A stretch of 56,309 nucleotides of DNA, counting the filler, from Diploschistes diacapsis (lineage: Eukaryota): NCBI GenBank assembly GCA_023645945.1. It is 4 parts of 4 records of this genome, joined end to end, with 100 filler letters (N's around TTAATTAATTAA, not from the genome) between each part and the next. Parts side by side here need not be neighbours in the genome. Positions count along the whole stretch, not along the records: positions 42,329 to 56,309 come from JALAIB010000623.1; 3 more parts are not named here. One strand, 5' to 3'. Shown here piece by piece: positions 52,594-56,309 of the stretch (position 1 is its first letter; each line of letters starts with the position of its first letter). The notes under the pieces are model-generated. The model had not been told where the DNA came from. It saw only the letters and a list, made by a program, of their open reading frames with translations, and did not search any database. The translations under genes were made by a program, and so were the position numbers.

Positions 52594-52900
52594 GTGTGCT
52601 CACTCTATATCGAAGTAGCCTAGCCGAGTTGTGAGCTTTGAGACGTATAAATTAACTGTATAATGTCCTATTTCCTCGAGATTTGCTTGTGGAAGTTTAT
52701 TTCTACCAACACTCTAAGATTTCCTACTAAGTACTACTCTAAGAGGAGATATATATATATATAATGAGTTGCATTGCCAGCTGAAGCTCGATTACTCTAA
52801 TGATCTTCATATACAATGTTATGCCATAAATACTCTCCTGGGCTTTGGAAGAAAACCAGCCATACACAAGCATTATTCCCACCTACTCCCTCGACCTTGC

Positions 52901-52940
52901 GACCGTAATTTTTATCTATAGACCGTAGTTTTTATCTATA
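52901..52940. repeat. 20-bp tandem duplication GACCGTARTTTTTATCTATA
   Basis: Read directly. Confidence 0.85.
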
Positions 52941-53026
52941 GAGTGTCGTCGATGATCGAAACGGGACTGACTAACCGTTCTAACACTAGGCCAGGCTGCT
53001 AAATCTGGAGTGAAGAATATTCGGGA

Positions 53027-53101
53027 TGGTGGCAGCAGTGGGATTCGAACCTACGACCTTCAAAATGGTCTATCAGTAGTAGTCCATTCGACCATGCCGC
53101 C
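53027..53101 (-). tRNA. tRNA-like element/pseudogene (Leu/Ser-type scaffold, abnormal anticodon arm, encoded CCA)
   Basis: GGCGGCA/TGCTGCC acceptor stem, A box TGGTCGAATGG, T arm GTAGG-TTCGAAT-CCCAC, 3' A-CCA. Confidence 0.7.
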
Positions 53102-53159
53102 AAGAGCATATATACGATCTGACCTTCGGCGATGTCATTTTGTCTTTCCTCTGCCTGGT

Positions 53160-54849
53160 GTAAAGCATGGCAGCATACTGGCTCAAGACACACTTGCCCG
53201 AATCTTCGGAGCGATTTCAATGCTTCGCATATTCGGGGCCCAAGGACCTCAGCTACCCATTGCTTGCGGTTGCGGCCGGTAAGCTCTAAAAGTGGTATGT
53301 GAAATCTGGATCTTTCGTCGACGACGAGTTACAGGGGGTTGCCGTTGCCGTTGCCCGTTCGCATCAGTTACCTCCTGCGCTGCAATATCTGATTCCCTAG
53401 TAGATGGTTCTTCCTTCTCCGATAGTAACCGCAGAAGCTCAACTGCACGTTCTTGAAAGAAGAAATGTAATGTCTATTTGCGGCCGGCAAGTGCGGCAGG
53501 GTCAGTAGATCAGATCCTGCAAAGCGCTCCCCATTTGTCTATGGTAACGGCACCAGAAATTGACGAGCTTCTTCGAGAAACAGAAGCGCAACCCTGGACG
53601 TACAGCAAATCTTGGGGCCGAAAGCAAAGACGATCCTTGGCTAGTGTTTCATACCTCAGGCACAACTGGTATGTGAAGCTTTGCTTGAGCCTAAGCACGT
53701 TGCTATAACTTATGTCCTAGGACTCCCAAAGCCGATAACCTATAGTCACCGTATGATGGCAACCGCGGATATAGCAGCCTCACTTTCATATATTGAGGAG
53801 ACGCATATTCACCAATACGCTCTTAAGCGTTAGTATACGCCGCTGCCCTCATTGCACGTTTGTCTGCTCTACAATCAGCTCTTCCAGCCAGAGCTAAAGA
53901 CTCAATCTAGTTTGTAGGAATGCTGATGATCCTGTCGATGGCTTCGTTGGTTCATATGACTTGCGTTGTGGGGTCCTCCTAGCCCCCTTACACCGGACAT
54001 AATCGCAAAGATCTTGCACTACGGACGTGTTGATGGAGCGCTCCTAGCACCAGCTCTCATCGATCATCTCTACTTAACTCCAGAGGGCTTGGCTGCACTT
54101 CAGAAGTTACAGTATATACAATACGCAGGTGTCCCTCTCTCGAGCAAATCAGGCGAAAAGCTCGCTCCGCATGTCGAATTGATTCCGTCCATTGGCAGCG
54201 CAGAAGCAGGGGCTGCTTCACGAAAATACGGGGCAACGACGGTGATTGGGACTGCGTCGCCTTCCAGGAGCACGCGGGGGCATTCTTTGAGCCACCTCAG
54301 GACGGCCTCCATGAACTGACGTTTGTCCGTCGCCCGGAGTGCGCAATGCAGCAGATATTCCAGATCTGTCCGGACCGAGACCGTTTCGAGACCAGCGATC
54401 TCTGGACGGAGCATCCACAACGCAAAGGGCTGTGGAAGATCGTGGGACGCGAAGACGACCATGTGTGCCTATCCCACGGCAACGGGCTACACGCCTTGAG
54501 GTGGGAGCCCGAGATCGAGCGCAGCAAAGACGTTAGAGCAGCATTGGTTGGTGGGCATGGCCGGCCAGTGCCGGTGCTCCTTGTGGAATGGCTGGAAAGG
54601 CCCCAGGGAGACATGGAGTCCGAAGCTGGCCGTCGGGAACTGCTCAGAGTCCTGCAGCCGTACATTGACAAGGCTAATAGCATTTGCTATCCCCGTGTCC
54701 AGCTCTTGCCCGAGTACCTGATCTTCGTGAGCAAGGACAACCGATTTGTACGAACCGTAAAGGGCAGCGTGGCTAGGGCGCAGAGTCTGAAGTTGTATGG
54801 GGACGAGAATAGCTGCTTTGCTTGGCAAACAGCAAGCACAGTAGTCTAA
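53160..54849 (+). pseudogene. Adenylate-forming enzyme (NRPS-like/CAR-type A domain, no T or R domain seen) pseudogene
   Basis: AAYWLKTHLP..FAYSGPKDLSYP, VFHTSGTTG|LPKPI, IQYAGVPLS, IGSAEAG, TSDLWTEHP, WKIVGREDD, RTVKGSVAR. In-frame TAA/TAG and frameshifts; 5' end not found. Confidence 0.82.
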
Positions 54850-56309
54850 TGGCTGGAACTGAGTAGTCTGGGCCTGCATCTTGTACCAGCTACTCTGTAG
54901 CGATTTCGTTTAGGGTGGCCTAGATTTTACGGATAAGGTAAGACTGGACAAACAACAGCGAGCGACTTCATATCGCTACGACAAAAAGTCCTCACGGTGC
55001 CCAGGCGAAGGCGATGTTGCCTTCCTTTCCATACATGCGCAGGGCCTCACTTAAATCTATGAGACTGGTCCAAAGCAAGCTCAAGGCGATCTGCACACCA
55101 TCAAACATACAAGAATTGCACATCCTAACAGCTTCTCCCTCAAGACCCCGTCCTGGCCTTCGCCACCCTCCCGGAAGCCTCCGGACCCGCCACCATCTCC
55201 GCATCCGACTCCCTACTCCTCTAGCCCCTCAAGAACCGTTCATCCTCCCGATACCGCGCGAACCCTTTTCCACATCCACTCCGCAGTCACCCGCGCACAC
55301 CACCCCACCTCCTCAAAAAAACCCACCAAATGCCCAACCCCTCCCCTAACCGCCGCCTCCACCAACCCAGCCTCCACTGGGCCTGCACCCCGTCGCACGC
55401 ACCTTCTCCACCCGCCAAACGCCCACAGCACCGTGGGCTCCAGGTTCGGCGCCCCGGCACGCCCATGCCCCCTGGTGCTATCGTGATCGGGGCCGCGAGC
55501 GTGGTGAGCCGGGTACAGCGGCGTGGGCACAGCGCGCAGGCTGCGCTGCGGGTAGCGCTCTGCGGCGCGGGGGTTGCCATTTGCGGAGGGAGCCTGCGCG
55601 CAGAACAGAGGTGGCCGCCGCGTGGGAGGGCTGGAGGTCGGGCTTGGTGGTGTTGGGCGCGCCGGGCACGTTGCGCGGGAGAATGAGAGCTCGTGGAGGA
55701 TTAAGGCTGAGAGGAGGCATGGGTGGATGACGGAAGGGGTTAGAGTGCGAGAGATTTTAAGGGGTATGGTAGGGAAGAGGGTGGTTGACAGCTATGCGCG
55801 ACGCCGAGTAAAGGTCACGGCATCTCGGCGCGAAAGCGGTTCACAGTGTGCAGGAGGTCGCGGCAGCGGTCGAACCAGCTTGCTGGGGCTTGGGTAGTGG
55901 AGTCGTGGGTTTGCAGGGTGTTGTGTGGGGGATCGTACTGCTGTGGCCGTGTTCATGCTCGATCAGGATGCCGCTTGCGTCCTTGGTTGGAGGTGTCTGC
56001 TATCCATATACTGCGTATGTATATGGACTGCTTCTTCGGCTCCGTATACAGGTCTTCCCATAAGTGGCTCGTAGGTTTCCTGGAAAGGGTTTATGTTAAC
56101 ATCGCAGTTTTGTTATATTGTGTATATCGGGAGCGCGCCAAAGACCTTTAGAAAACCCGTTGCTATGTGCGCCGATGGTCGTTGTAGCGTTCTCACAGGG
56201 CGATTCGAGAATATCATCTATTTCCTATCCCGGTTATATATAGTGTATTTATTAAACTATTTAGTTTATATTCAGTTCCCATAATAATTAATATGTATTA
56301 TATATACGA

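Noticed and set aside
55100..55720. Possible degenerate RING-finger gene on the minus strand (LPRGGHL..LRKW..CALC)
   Set aside because: Needs several frameshifts and key Cys residues are missing; too weak to call.

Overview
Filamentous ascomycete (Pezizomycotina) nuclear DNA with short spliceosomal introns. The window is four ~14 kb contigs (1-14025, 14126-28145, 28246-42228, 42329-56309) joined by artificial 100-nt N/TTAATTAATTAA/N spacers, so adjacency across gaps means nothing. Contigs 1-2 are mostly core genes (ADP1 ABC transporter, BEM3-like RhoGAP, FAB1, ATP11) plus a candidate ADP-ribosyltransferase-fold gene. Contig 3 is accessory: a Kex2/Ste13-type multi-peptide precursor whose second peptide copy lies behind an in-frame TGA, a decayed hydrolase-CorA gene and a double zinc-knuckle gene. 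Contig 4 holds a decaying aromatic-metabolism cluster: intact VOC dioxygenase, PAL pseudogene split by a MITE, P450 pseudogene, intact Pth11-like membrane protein, and an adenylating-enzyme pseudogene abutted by a CCA-ended tRNA-like element. Several contig ends are RIP-like AT-rich relics. Family assignments come from motif recognition by eye, not database searches.
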